From: Octopus sinensis
Lineage: Eukaryota
Assembly: GCF_006345805.1 (NCBI RefSeq)
Contig: NC_043022.1
Location: 1,054,001-1,118,000, forward strand
Reading direction: 5' to 3'
DNA: 64,000 bases
Shown: positions 1-11,942 of the stretch, piece by piece
Layout of the letters: every line of letters begins with the position of its first letter
How positions within the stretch are numbered: position 1 is the stretch's first letter
The notes under the pieces: model-generated
Seen by the model: the letters and a program-made list of their open reading frames with translations, nothing else
Databases searched by the model: none
What the model was told of the DNA's origin: nothing
Position numbers and translations under genes: made by a program

Positions 1-331
1 TTTCAATCTATTTTAGATTTAGGGTTAGAGTTAGGGGTTGGGAAAGGGTATCTTTTTTTCTTCACAAATGTAAATAAACCCAATCTGTTTCTTAAAGGAG
101 GTACATATTCCTTATGCACAGAATGTTATTTACCTAATTGGACGTCAGCGATTGGTTAAAATTGCCGAAATGCTCGAAATTAAAGACGAAATATCTTACA
201 AACTATAGAATTTTCACAATAAAGCCAAGAGAAAATGATGTTTTATAAACACATTCTACCAGGATACGAAGTTTAAAACTTTTTAGTTACCTAGAAATTA
301 TTACAAAATGCCGTTTAAAAGGAAAAGATCC
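1..331 (-). mobile_element. Merlin-like MITE family A, partial (cut by window edge)
   Basis: Reverse-complement match to 31677-32091; ends with the GGAAAAGATCC terminus at 331. Confidence 0.75.
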
Positions 332-471
332 AGAAAAAAGATACACTTCCCCCCACCCCTAACCCTAACATAGATTGAAATGCAATAGATCGATACCAGG
401 GTCATAATTATGGGTGACAATTTCATATGACACCGCTAGAAAAAAAACTGCCGTTCAAACCGAAAAGATCC
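332..471 (+). mobile_element. Merlin-like MITE family A, right-end part (host of the nested copy at 1-331)
   Basis: Matches the 3' part of 31677-32091; ends AAAACTGCCGTTCAAACCGAAAAGATCC. Confidence 0.7.
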
Positions 472-707
472 CGTATTGTTGTGTAGGCATTGGAACAGGT
501 TTTCTGTACTTCGAAAAGTTTTCTGCGTTGTTCTTATCCTATCTTTATCCCCCATCGCTGCCTCCTTACATGCCATGACCCGGCATTCGGTCTGACGAGT
601 TCCTCTTAAGTTAACTCCTAAAGTTCACTTGACACTTGGTTTTTCTATCTCCCACTGCAACTCCAGGCAACCGTCGTTTTCCTCCCACTACCAAATCCAT
701 CGCGACA

Positions 708-875
708 TCACACGCACGTCCGCACACACATAAACACACTCTCTCCAATACGCGCACGTTCGCACACACATAAACACTCTCTCTCCAATACGCGCACGTC
801 CGCACACACACACACACACTCTCTCCAATACGCGCACGTCCGCACACACACACTCTCTCCAATACGCGCACGTAC
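708..875. repeat. ~38-42 bp minisatellite (cgcacacacac..tctctccaatacgcgcacgt), about 4 copies
   Basis: Tandem units visible directly. Confidence 0.85.
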
Positions 876-1179
876 ACCCATGCAAAGAGACATACATACA
901 GAGAGACACTTCGACAGACTAACACACAAGTACAGATGTAAACACACATACGCACACACACACACAAGGGCGCATCAACAGATACAGACATAAGAACACA
1001 CACACACACACACATATACAGTAATGAATTCGCACAGACACATACATTAATACATTCACACAAACACACACACACGTGCACTGACATATACTCACACATA
1101 CAGACCTGCGCACACATTAATACATTCACACAAACACACACATACACAAAAGAAGATACACACAGGCAAACATTTCCTT

Positions 1180-1670
1180 TTCCTCATGCTACTCCTCTGT
1201 CTCTTTCTCTCTCACTTTTCTTTATATTTCCTCCTCCTCCTCCTCCTCAACTGTTCCTTTCCCTCTAAACACCTCTCCCTCTTTCTCTACCCCTTATACG
1301 CATGCGTCTATTAAACTCTTTTTCTCTCTCCACATCCGTACACCTCATCTCATCTCCCTTTTTTTCTCTCCTTCTTCTTTTACTGTCTTTTCTTCCTTTT
1401 CTCCTCTCCCTTCTACTTTTTTTATATCTTTCTTTCTCACTCTCTTACTCCATCCGTTTTTTCCCTTCTATCTTTTTCCTTTTTGTTTCTCTTCCCTTCT
1501 CTTTCCCCTTCTTTCTTCCTGTCTGTCTCCCTCTCTCTAATCCCTCTTTCTCCTTTTATTTTACTCCTTCTCTTCCTATTTCCCCCTTCTCTCTTCCTCT
1601 CTTTCTGAGCCTTTTTCTCTCTTTCTCTCTCGCCCTTCTTTCCTCCTCCTCCTCCTCCCCTCTTTCACAA
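1180..1670. repeat. Polypyrimidine (CT-rich) low-complexity tract
   Basis: About 490 bp almost devoid of G on the + strand. Confidence 0.85.
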
Positions 1671-1983
1671 GTAATGCTCACGTGTTTTGTCAGCGGGTGT
1701 ATATGTATAAATTCTATGCAGTCTATGTATATATGTGTGTATAAACTCTAGTTAAGTCGGTCCCGTAAGAGAGAAAAACTTCTAAAGTGGGACAACCGAA
1801 AACTGATTGAATAAATAATTGAGTGAAAGGTTTACTTATTTAAAAATTAGAAACGAAGATAAAAAATGTCCCGTATTTTCCGTTTAATTTCTTATATTTC
1901 TGTATTCTATTACTTTTTACATGTTTTAATGAAATATTTCCACGCTGCTGTGTGTTTTACTCTTGGACTGGTGGGATTGTTAA

Positions 1984-2370
1984 TGGATGGAAGCACTCCG
2001 TCGGTTACGACGATGAGGGTTCCGGTTGATCCGAATCAACGGAACAGCCTGCTCGTGAAATTAACGTGTAAGTGGCTGAGCACTCCACAGACACGTGTAC
2101 CCTTAACGTAGTTCTCGGGGATATTCAGCGTGACACAGAGAATGACAAGGCCCTTTGAAATACAGGTACAACAGAAACAGGAAGTAAGAGTTAGAGAAAG
2201 TTGTGGTGAAAGAGTACAGCAGGGATCACCACCACCCCCTGCCGGAGCCTCGTGGAGCTTTAGGTATTTTCGCTCAATAAACACTCACAACGCCCGGTCT
2301 GGGAATCGAAACTGCGATCCAATGACCGCGAGTCTGCTGCCCTAACCACTGGGCCATTGCGCCTCCACTT
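1984..2370 (-). mobile_element. tRNA-derived SINE family C, full length, 13-bp TSD
   Basis: Minus strand begins gtggaggcgcaatggcccagtggttagggc (A box) and has ggtttcgattcc-like B box; TSD gtgggattgttaa at 1971-1983 and 2371-2383; near-identical copy at 61071-61466. Confidence 0.9.
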
Positions 2371-2539
2371 GTGGGATTGTTAAGCAAGCTAAACACAATA
2401 CTTAGCTATTATATCTTGTTCTGTGATCAAACACCATCGAGGTCAACTTTGCATTTCATCCTTTTCCAGGTTGATAAAAATTGACCACCGACCATTGAAA
2501 TTGCTGGCTCTGTGCCAAATTTTGAAAACTGCGAAGATG

Positions 2540-2750
2540 ATGAGATGGTAGAATCGTTAGCATGCCGGACAAAATACTTGGTAACATTTTTTCCGACTCA
2601 TTAGTGTCCTGAGTTCAAGTGCTGCCGAGGTCGACTTTGCCTTTCCTCCTTTCGGGGTCGGTAAAGTAAATACCAGATGAACACAGGGGTCCATGTAATT
2701 AATTTATTCACTCCCACGAAATTGCTGGCCTTGTGCCAAAATTTGAAACC
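2540..2750 (+). mobile_element. SINE family B, degenerate
   Basis: gagttcaa..ccgaggtcgactttgcctttc..ctttcggggtcg core shared with other copies. Confidence 0.7.
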
Positions 2751-2791
2751 ATTGTTGTTGTTGTTAATATTATTATTATTATTACTATTAA

Positions 2792-3300
2792 GGATCTTTA
2801 CCTTTTGACCAACAGATTTAAAAAATAATCTTTTGTAACTAAATCCTTTCAAACTTCGGACACTGGTAGAATGTGTCATATAAAACATCTTTTACTCTTA
2901 GCATTTTTGAGAAAAGCTTATATTTAGGAAGTTATTTCACGTTAAAGTTGTCCTATTTCGGTAATTTCAACCAATTAATGACGTGTATTAAGCTGAATAA
3001 AATTACTGCCGTTGTTTGTCAACAAGAACTTCCAGCGCTGTATATTTCGTTTGTCACTGTTATTTATGACAACCCTAACCCTAACCCTAAAACCTTAAAG
3101 CTAAAACCAGTACAAACGCACGAACGATGTCATAAATAACAGTGACAAACGAAATATACACCGCCGGAAGTTCTTGTTGACAAACAACGGCAGTAATTTT
3201 ATTCAGCTGAATACACGTCATTGATTGGTTAGAGAAATAACTTCGTAAATATAAGTTTTTATCAAACAACGTTTCTCTAAAAGAAATGGAGAAACTTTCA
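2792..3300. mobile_element. GGATC-terminated MITE relative with internal ~103-bp inverted repeat and (CCCTAA)3 in the spacer
   Basis: Starts ggatctttacctttt at 2792; arms 2969-3071 and 3128-3230; related to 29579-29987. Confidence 0.65.
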
Positions 3301-3639
3301 AAATATAAAGACCTGGAAATAGGGAGATAACTCAAATGTGGAAACAATTCCTATCATAGTAGGCACATTGGGTATGATAAAAAAATATTCAGATAAATAC
3401 ATAACAAAAACACCAGGACTAACAAGTATATATAACATACAGAAAACAGCCCTACTAGGCACCGCACACATCCTATGTATAACACTTTCAATACACTAGA
3501 AATGAGAGCATCACAACAAACTACAGTATATACCCAAAGCACACAGGACTGCGCTCAGTAGTGAAGTGAGAGTACGTTATAAAAATAAGACTACTGAACA
3601 ATAATAATAATAATAATGATAATGATAATAATAATAATC

Positions 3640-4345
3640 ACTTCAAATTTTTGCACAAGGCCAGCAATTTCAGGGGAGGGAGGCAAGTCGATTACATCAA
3701 CCCCAGTGTTCAACTGGTACTTATTTTATTGACCCTGAAAGGATGAAAGGCAAATTTGAACTCGGAACGTAAAGACAGACGAAATATCGCTAAGCATTTT
3801 GCCCAGTGTGCAAACGATTCTACCAGCTCACCGCCAGCCACCACCACCACTAGCTGCTACTGCCGCCGCCGCCGACAATATCGATCCTTTCTATTATAGG
3901 CACAAGGCATGAAATTTGGGAGAGGGGGCCAGTCAATTAGATTGACCCAGTACACAACTGGTACTTAACTTATTGAAGGCGGTGAGCTGGCAGAAACGTT
4001 AGCAAGCCGGGCGAAATGCGTAGCCGTATTTCATCTACCGTTATGTTCTGAGTTCAAATTCCACCGAGGTCGACTTTGCCTTTCATCCTTTCGGGGTCGA
4101 TAAATTAAGTACCAGTTACGCACTGAGGTCGATGTAATCGACTTACTCCGTTTGTCTGTCCTTGTTTGTCCTCTCTGTGTTTAGCCCCTTGTGGGTAGTA
4201 AAGAAATAGGTACTTAACTTATTGACCCCGAAAGGATGTAAGGCAAAGTTGACCTCAGTGAAATCTGAACTCACAACATACAGACAGACCTTTTAGCACT
4301 AAGCACTTTGCATGATGTGCCACCAATTTTACCAGCTCACCACCT
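3640..4345. mobile_element. Cluster of SINE B copies; a full + strand copy (3977-4208) is nested in an older - strand copy
   Basis: Head aggcggtgagctggcagaaacgttag, B box gagttcaaattcc; TSD ggtacttaacttattga at 3960-3976 and 4209-4225. Confidence 0.9.
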
Positions 4346-5129
4346 CACACAATCATATCTTTACTATATCAGACAGGAGGGAGACATTTCTTTTGTTTCC
4401 ATCTTAAATTGTCACATTGTCAGAGAGGGAAGAGGAAATTAAAATACCATTCTGGAGACAATAATTTGGACACTTTAGGAATGCAGGCCACATGAGCCTG
4501 CTTGACTCCTATCACTTGCAGTAAACAACGACAACAATGACAACAATCATGATGCTGCCACCAACGAACAATAACACAAAACAAAACAAAAACAAACCCC
4601 TATGATTTGAATTGATTGCAGTGAAATGAAGAAACTTAGAGGATAAAATCAAATCGATAGTAACATTTTCCTTTTATGGCAAAATATGCCCCTAATTCAA
4701 TAAAATTATGAAGGTTACATTGATTACTATGCATAAAATGCAAAATATTAAATTTTTTTTCTAGATTAGGAAGGTATAATTTGCCACCTGCCTTTCAATC
4801 TCAGTATTGAAGCTAGGCATAGCAATGTTGTAGTACACATGCTGCGTACATTCCTACAACAAAGATTTCTTTACATGCTATAAAGGCAGAAGTAAATTTA
4901 CCTCCAAATCAGTCTCATGCCTGTATTTCGCTTATTTTTCTGCGTGTCTTACTACATAAATGTCACCAACTGCCTACCCTGAGCAATTACTGATGGTACG
5001 TGCCTGATTGAAACACTATTATGAATTTGGCCTCAAAGATGACTGAGTCTATGAAATGCAGCTGATTTAGTGGGGAAGTTGCAGGGTCTCACCAAGAGCC
5101 CACTCCCAGTTGTAACTGTTGAGCAATTT

Positions 5130-5310
5130 CAAGAGAGGGAGCCAGCTTATTACATCAACTCGTGCTCAGCTGGTACTTATTTTATTGACCCCAAAAGGAG
5201 GAAAGACAAAGTCAACCTCAGCAGAATTTGAACTCAGAAAGTAAAATCACAAAAAATGCTGTTGAGCATTTTTGCTAGCATGCGAACGATTCTGCCAGGT
5301 CACTGCCTTA
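5130..5310 (-). mobile_element. SINE family B, degenerate
   Basis: ctggtacttattttattgaccccaaaagga..aaagtcaacctcagcagaatttgaactcag. Confidence 0.7.
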
Positions 5311-5892
5311 TGTTCCATTTTTGGCACATAAAGAGCACCTTTCGTGTGTTGGGCCTCACAGAGGTAAAGTGGCCAATGCTGGTGTTACATAACTGGCACA
5401 TAAAAAGCACCCTTTCAGTGTTGGGCTTCTTGGAAGCAATGTGGCCAATTCTGATGTCACATAGCTGGCACCCATGCCAGTGGCACATAAAAAGCACCTT
5501 TTAAGCATTGGACCTCATAGAGGCAATGTGGCCAATGCCAGTGTCACGTAACTGGTACCCATGCCAGTGGCACATAAAAAGCACATTTCGAGCATTGGGC
5601 CTCACTGAGGCAATGACAAATGACCAAGATCTTTGGCAAACCCAAGTGAAATCATAGTCATGGCAGATATTGGTGTCATGCACCTGGCTCCTGTACCAGT
5701 GGCACGTAAAAGCACCCATTACACTCCTGGAGTGGTTGGCATTAAGAAGGGCATCCAGCTGTAGAAAACCATGCCAAATCAGATTGGAACCTGGCACAGC
5801 CCCTCAGCTTACCAACCCTGGTCAAACTGTCCAACCCATGCGAGCATGGACAACGGACATTCAAAGACGACAACAATGATGATGATGATGAT
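5310..5892 (+). mobile_element. RTE LINE 3' end with internal ~80-bp tandem reiteration and (GAT)n tail
   Basis: Repeated gtggcacataaaaagcac..ttgggcctcacagaggcaatg units, then gttggcattaagaagggcatccagctgtagaaa and a gat tail. Confidence 0.75.
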
Positions 5893-6759
5893 TGCTTGTT
5901 TCTTTCCAGCACTGGCACACAAGCTAGAAATCTAGAGCGGGGAGAGCAGCAGTCGATTATATAGAACCCCAACAATTGGTTTGTACTTATTTTATCAAGC
6001 TTCAAGGACAAGAGGCAAAGCCTGGCCTTAAGAGTATTTGAACTCATAACACACAGTACCAGAACACTACAAGGTTTTTTTTGTCAGACACTCTACTGGT
6101 TTGACAATTCCAGTGAAAGAAATACACTTATAAGCATTCAATACATCAAAAAGCTTTAATATCCTAAGAACATACATTAACGACAATAAGCCATTTAAAA
6201 TTATGCTTATGTTCCTTTACTTTATTAATTAACATCATAAACTTTGTTGATATGTAGAATGACACCCCACCCCCACACCGGTTAATAATAAAATAAACTA
6301 TTGTACCCCCACCCACCCCCAACTCTAACCTAAAATGATATGCCCTCTCCTCTCTTTATACACCCCCCCCCAGTGAATCTGTGTGCTTTCTTCCTACCCA
6401 CTCCATTTCGTAATTGACGATGTAAAGTAGAACAAATAATCAAGTAAACTAATTAATAATTAATGCTAATAAACCGTGTATTGCGTTACACAATAACAAG
6501 CATCATTAATAAATCACTTCACCCAGGCCACACCACCCCAACTCCAACCCACACCCACTACACCCCACACCCCCATCCCACATCAAAACATTACAATGTC
6601 TTCAGACCATAAAACAATTATTAATCAACAATTAGAAATTAACAATAAGTAATTAGTACGTTCCAATTAATCACCTCCCCGTCACAACTGTCTCTACTAA
6701 ACTTTAGTGACACAGGTTTTTTTTTTTATTATTTTTCTACCTTTTATTATTTTTTTTTT

Positions 6760-7085
6760 GCTTTAGTCTTTAGACTGTGGCCATGCTGGAGCACTACCTT
6801 GAGGAACTTGTAGTCAAATGAACTGACCCGAGTGCTTATTTTTTACTTTCAAAGCCCTAGTACTTACTCTATCAGTCTCTTTTGCTGAACTGCTAAGTTA
6901 CAGAGATGTAAACACACCAACACCAGTTGTGAAGCAGTGGGTGGGGAGACAATTACAGGCACAAAGACACACGTGTATGCATTTACTCATTCTATCAGTC
7001 TTCATTGCTGAACTACTAAGTTATGGGAATGTAAACACATCAACACCACTTGACAAACAATGATTGGAGACAAATACAGACACAC
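6760..7085 (-). mobile_element. SINE family A 3' halves (two partial copies)
   Basis: gactgtggccatgctggagcac..tttgctgaactgctaagttac motifs. Confidence 0.7.
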
Positions 7086-7132
7086 ACAAATATATATATA
7101 TGTATATATATCTATCTATCTATATATATATA

Positions 7133-7457
7133 CTAGCACTATGACCCAGCAATGCTGGGTCATAGGGCTAGTGCATGCACATACACGCGAGTACTGTCCA
7201 AATCTCCGACCAATCACATACAGCTAGTTGGCATTCAATTGGCGTATCAAGTTTCGGGCATTTTGATTGGGTCTTGGATAGAAAATTCACAAAAAAGTCA
7301 CTTCTATTGACTTTTTAATGGTTTTGTGGGATGACTGGGGAAATGTAAAGATGTGCACGACCACCCTTGGATGGTTTTGAATGACCATAGAAAGTGTGAG
7401 CCCTCTAACTGAAAAATTGTGGATTTGTATAAAGGATACACAGACACACAGACAGAC

Positions 7458-7480
<23 letters not shown>
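7133..7480 (-). mobile_element. Non-autonomous Helitron-like element with palindromic CTAG 3' end
   Basis: CTAG at 7133-7136 inside a 41-bp palindrome (7132-7172); body shared with 18170-18460; other end merges into (TA)n. Confidence 0.7.
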
Positions 7481-7509
<29 letters not shown>

Positions 7510-7641
7510 TATATATTATATATATATATATATAATATATATATATATAAGTAGGTTTACAGTTATCACGTTGGCATTTTAAATTTCTTATATATATATA
7601 TATAAGTAGGTTTACAGTTATCACGTTGGCATTTTAAATTT

Positions 7642-7696
<55 letters not shown>

Positions 7697-7970
7697 ATAT
7701 TCAGGGCAAGCAAGTAAGTACACTGGCTTAGCCACATGCTTAAAGTGCACATAAGAACGAACAATTATATATACCCAACAAACACAATGGTTTCAAAGCG
7801 TAATACAACTGTTCATACTTATAAATTACGGAGATGTACTTGCATAGCAAGTGATTTGATCTGAGATCGTGTGTTGAAACGAGAACAATTGCAGCGTGGA
7901 ATGTGTTTATAAGCCATTTAAGAAACACACAAAAGCCGTTCGATTCACTTCAACATTTAAGTTTAATTTG

Positions 7971-8013
7971 TCAAAATATTTTCATCGCTTTAAGACCGCG
8001 ACCTGTTCACTGA
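7971..8013 (-). ncRNA. HHR-like fold, G3:C8 core, short stem I
   Basis: tca GTGAACA g gtcgc ggtcttaaa gcgat GAAA atat TT tga. Confidence 0.55.
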
Positions 8014-8026
8014 TGCAGCACGGATT

Positions 8027-8077
8027 TTTGTCAGTGAACAGGTCGCGGTCTTAAAGGGCCGAAAGTATTTTGACAAA
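8027..8077 (+). ncRNA. Type I HHR-like fold, G3:C8 core
   Basis: tttgtca GTGAACA ggtcgcggtcttaaagggcc GAAA gtat TT tgacaaa; 7-bp stem I. Confidence 0.65.
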
Positions 8078-8223
8078 TTAAACTTAAATGTTGAAGTGAA
8101 TCGATGGCTTTTGTGTGTTTCTTAAATGGCTTACAAACACCTTCCACGCTGCAATTGTTTACTTATAAATTATAATTCAGAAATCAATTTAGTTAATTAA
8201 ATCAATTTCATGTACACACACAC

Positions 8224-8274
<51 letters not shown>

Positions 8275-8602
8275 CATACACACACACATATGTATATATA
8301 TATATACACACACACATATGTATATATATATACACACACACACACATGCATATATATATGTGTATATACATACATACATAAAACCAAATCAAGCCAGTTT
8401 GAACATAAAACAGGCGGAATATTTAATATATGTATATATAACTGATGTATATGCAGTAATCCTTTGACTATCATGGGTGTTAAGTTCCAAAATCCTCCGC
8501 GATTGTTAAAAATCCGCAAAGTAGAAACAGTATTGTCCTCTATATTTTATTTTTAATTTTTATGATTTGTATATATTTATTTTATTATAAATGCAAAACA
8601 AT

Positions 8603-8838
8603 ACCTATTTCTTTACTACTCACAAGGGGCTAAACACAGAGGGGACAAACAAGGACAGACAAAAGGATTAAGTCGATTACATCGACCCTAGTGCGTAACT
8701 GGTACTTAATTTATCAACCCCGAAAGGATGAAAGGCAAAGTCGACCTTGGCAGAATTTGAACTCAGAATGTAACGGCAGACAAAATATGGCAACGCATTT
8801 CACCTGGCGTGCTAACGGTTCTGCCAGCTCGCTGCCTT
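8603..8838 (-). mobile_element. SINE family B, full length
   Basis: Complete head-to-tail match to 3977-4208. Confidence 0.9.
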
Positions 8839-9105
8839 TCAATGCAAAAGAACACCATGGAGGAATCGATGTAAACTTAGATGATAAACCGCAATAGGTG
8901 AACCATGATATGGCAAGGGATTACTGTATCTTTAAGATTAACCCTTTAGCATTCAGGTTATTCCTGTATCATTGTAATTACTCTCTCAATTATTATTTAT
9001 CAAGGCCAGGTTCCAACCTAGACCACAGCACCATAGTTCTACCCCCAATACTTCTCAGTCCATCATCACTGCTTCAAGGTCCTGGATACAGGCCAGTGTT
9101 TGCAA

Positions 9106-9375
9106 CCAAGTTGTCAATCTAAGTTTGACAAAGTACAAGTTGTTGATGTAAGATTGACGACATTCATGTTGATTTAAGATTGATGATTCAAGCTGTCAAT
9201 ATAAGTGTGATGAGGTACAAGCTGTCAATGTAAGTATGACGATATTCAAGTTGTCGATGTAAGATTGACAATGTTCCAGTTGTTGACGTAAGATTGACAA
9301 CACTGAAGTTGTCAATGTAAGATTGTTGACATACAAATTGTCAATGTAAGCATGATGACGTTAAAGTTGTCAAAC
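9106..9375. repeat. ~29-bp minisatellite, about 9 copies, each unit internally palindromic
   Basis: Approximate consensus caagttgtcaatgtaagattgacgacatt. Confidence 0.8.
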
Positions 9376-9820
9376 ACAGTGCTTATTTATTCACATAGTT
9401 TTCAATTAATCAAGTATTATCTCATACCTTCAAGATTTCAATGATGTGATTGCTAATTTTTCAAAAGACATTGTAAGGTAGGGGTGAGGGTCTGGATGTA
9501 GCCAGTGTGAATGTAGAACAAGTAAAATATTTGGGCCAGATGAGACCTGTTTAAATGCTAAAGTGTTAAACAATATCAGCAATTGTTCATTAATACAAAT
9601 TAATACAGGAGAAAAGAAATAGAAAGTGAACAAGTCAGATGGAGATGTAATAAAAATAGGATGAATGCTTGTTATGTGGGTGTTATGTTAAGAGGTTAAG
9701 GTATTGATGTAAATAGATGAAGTGAGTCAAATGTACTTGTTGGGTGCGTAAGAAAGTAGGTAGAGCAGTAGACAGAGATAGGTATGTATAGAAGTATACA
9801 TTTATATATACACAGACATA

Positions 9821-10055
9821 CCTATTTCTTTACTACCCAAAAGGGGCTAAACACAGAGGGGATAAACTAGGACAGACACAGGTATTAAGTCGATTACATC
9901 AACCCCAGTGCGTAATTGGTACTTATTTAATCAACCCCGAAAGGATGAAAGGCAAAGTCGACCTCGGCGGAATTTGAACTCAGAACATAACAGCAGGCGA
10001 AATACGGCTACGCATTTCGCCCGGCGTGCTAACGGTTCTGCCAACTCGCCGCCTT
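9821..10055 (-). mobile_element. SINE family B, full length, probable TSD acacagacata
   Basis: Family match; direct repeat at 9810-9820 and 10061-10071. Confidence 0.9.
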
Positions 10056-10278
10056 TATACACACAGACATACCCACCAACACACACACACACACATGCAC
10101 TCATATATTAATAGACAAGGACCTACAGTGACAGAAGGGCATAATGTTTCGTACTAATGCACTTGTCAAGTGAATTTTATAAGTGCAGTGACTGACATGA
10201 AACTATAGATCCATGAGTCAATAATAGTTTCTTGGTTAACGTGCGTGTGTGCAGGTGTGAGTGTATGTGTGTATATAT

Positions 10279-10550
10279 CATCATCATCATTATCATCATC
10301 GTTTAACGTCCGTTTTCCATGCTAGCATGGGTTGGACGGCTCAACTGGGGTCTGAGAAGCCGGGAGGCTGCACCCTGCTCCATTCTCATCTGGCAGTGTT
10401 TCTACAGCTGGATGCCCTTCCTAACGCCAACCACTCTGTGAGTGTAGTGGGTGCTTTTTATGTGCCACCGGCATAAGTGCCAGGGGAGGCTGGCAGCATC
10501 CACGATCGCTTGGTGCTTTTTATGTGCCACCAGCACGGAAGCCAGTCAAG
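10279..10550 (-). mobile_element. RTE LINE 3' UTR fragment
   Basis: (CAT)n then cgtttaacgtccgttttccatgc..ggatgcccttcctaacgccaacc. Confidence 0.8.
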
Positions 10551-10582
10551 GCGGCGCTATATATATATATGTGTGTGTGTAG

Positions 10583-10760
10583 GGAGAATTCACGAAAAAA
10601 CAGAAGATGAAGACAGGTGGTGTAGACAACAAACAGATGTATTAGTACAATGCTCGAGAAGTGAAAAAGTCTTTAACATTTCGAGCCTACGCTCTTCCAC
10701 AGAAAGGAACACAGAAAGAAACAAAGAGAGAAAATAAAAAATGTGTAGTGGCTAGCGATA
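10583..10760 (-). mobile_element. Short element with atypical HHR-like motif (10671-10706)
   Basis: Minus strand cttt CTGTGGA a gagc gtag gctc GAAA tg TT aaag; family copies at 16810-16995 and 52290-52475. Confidence 0.55.
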
Positions 10761-10786
10761 CACAGACACACACACACATATATATA

Positions 10787-11430
10787 CAGGGTGCAGTGAA
10801 TACATTGTCATCTAAGTTACACAAAAATGAAAATAACAATGGCATCTCATTTTAACATATTTACCAAAATTACATTAAAATACTTCTAAATACTAATGAG
10901 TAATTTTACTCAATAAAATTGCCATTGGCTTCAACTACGGTCTCCAGACGACTTTGGAATCTCCTGCAACTCTTCTGGACAGTCTCCTTGTTTAAGTTGG
11001 TGAATGCTGCCGTAATCCTTGCCTTCAGTTCATCGTTGGTGTTACAAGCAGTTTTGTTGGTCTCTCGCTCAACTGTGCCCCACACAAAATAATCAAGGGG
11101 TTGTAGTCTAGGGAGTTAGGTGGCCAGATGCTAGGGGTGATGTGATCGCAGAAAGTATCTGACAGCCATGACTGGGGTCTCCTGCATATGTGGCTTGGTG
11201 CAGAGTCCTGCTGCCAGGCATAGGGTCTTGCAGCAGCCATCCTCTTGACCCAGGGCAGTGCTATCTCCTCCAGGCATTTGAAGTAGACCTCACTGTTAAA
11301 TCTGAGGCCATGTGGGAAAATGAATGTCACCATCACTTATGATCACTCCAAACAACATGATGTTTACTGGATATTTGATTTTTATCACTCTGGGGACACG
11401 GCAGGCCAACAGTTGTTCTGTGTGTCCCTC
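10787..11430 (-). pseudogene. Tc1/mariner DD37D (maT-type) transposase remnant with one TIR end
   Basis: TA-CAGGGTG terminus at 10787; WQQDSAPSH..WPPNSLDYNPL then, after a frameshift, DYFVWGTVERETNK..RRFQSRLETVVEANGNFIE*; 37 residues between the last two catalytic D positions. Confidence 0.85.
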
Positions 11431-11942
11431 ATCTGTTCATATTAGAGCAGCACAGCATGTCGTTTCCAAATATCTGGCAGAGTGAATTGCATCATGGTGC
11501 TATTTTTACTCACACGCAGTGCCCAACAGACCCTACAATATTGAAGTTGAATTAGGTACTGAAATTGAGGCACTTCATTAGGTGATTCAGTCAACTGAAA
11601 TAGTAGTAGAATCACTGTAAATGTTTTTGTTTGATGGATTTTAAACAATGTTAAATCATTCTGAAAGTTCTTTATTTGGAAGTTCAAGAATTCACCTGAT
11701 GAAAACCGTTTCTTTATAACGACGGAATGCTTTCATTAATCAATAATGTTACTCATTTATATTTTAGGTATCTACTCAACGAATGCAGCAGTGTAGTATA
11801 TACCTGGTAGCTTAGCATAAAGCACGTTCACTTTCAGTGTTTGTTGGGTATTTGAATAACGAGAGAGAGAGAGAAGACGGAAGATACAAGAGTGTTTATT
11901 GATCACACAAATATGTAAATATATATACAGTATATATATATA

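Larger units (their letters stand above)
7829..8159 (-). mobile_element. Penelope-like non-autonomous foldback element carrying two HHR-like folds
   Basis: Inverted arms 7884-8013 and 8031-8159, tail 7829-7883 on one arm; 13-bp direct repeat tacttataaatta at 7816-7828 and 8160-8172. Confidence 0.7.

Noticed and set aside
7545-7646. ~45-bp direct duplication between (TA)n tracts (similar small duplications at 20390-20480 and 26150-26200)
   Set aside because: Ordinary microsatellite-associated slippage or assembly noise.
9106-9375. CRISPR-like appearance of palindromic ~29-bp repeats
   Set aside because: No unique spacers, eukaryotic context, no cas genes.
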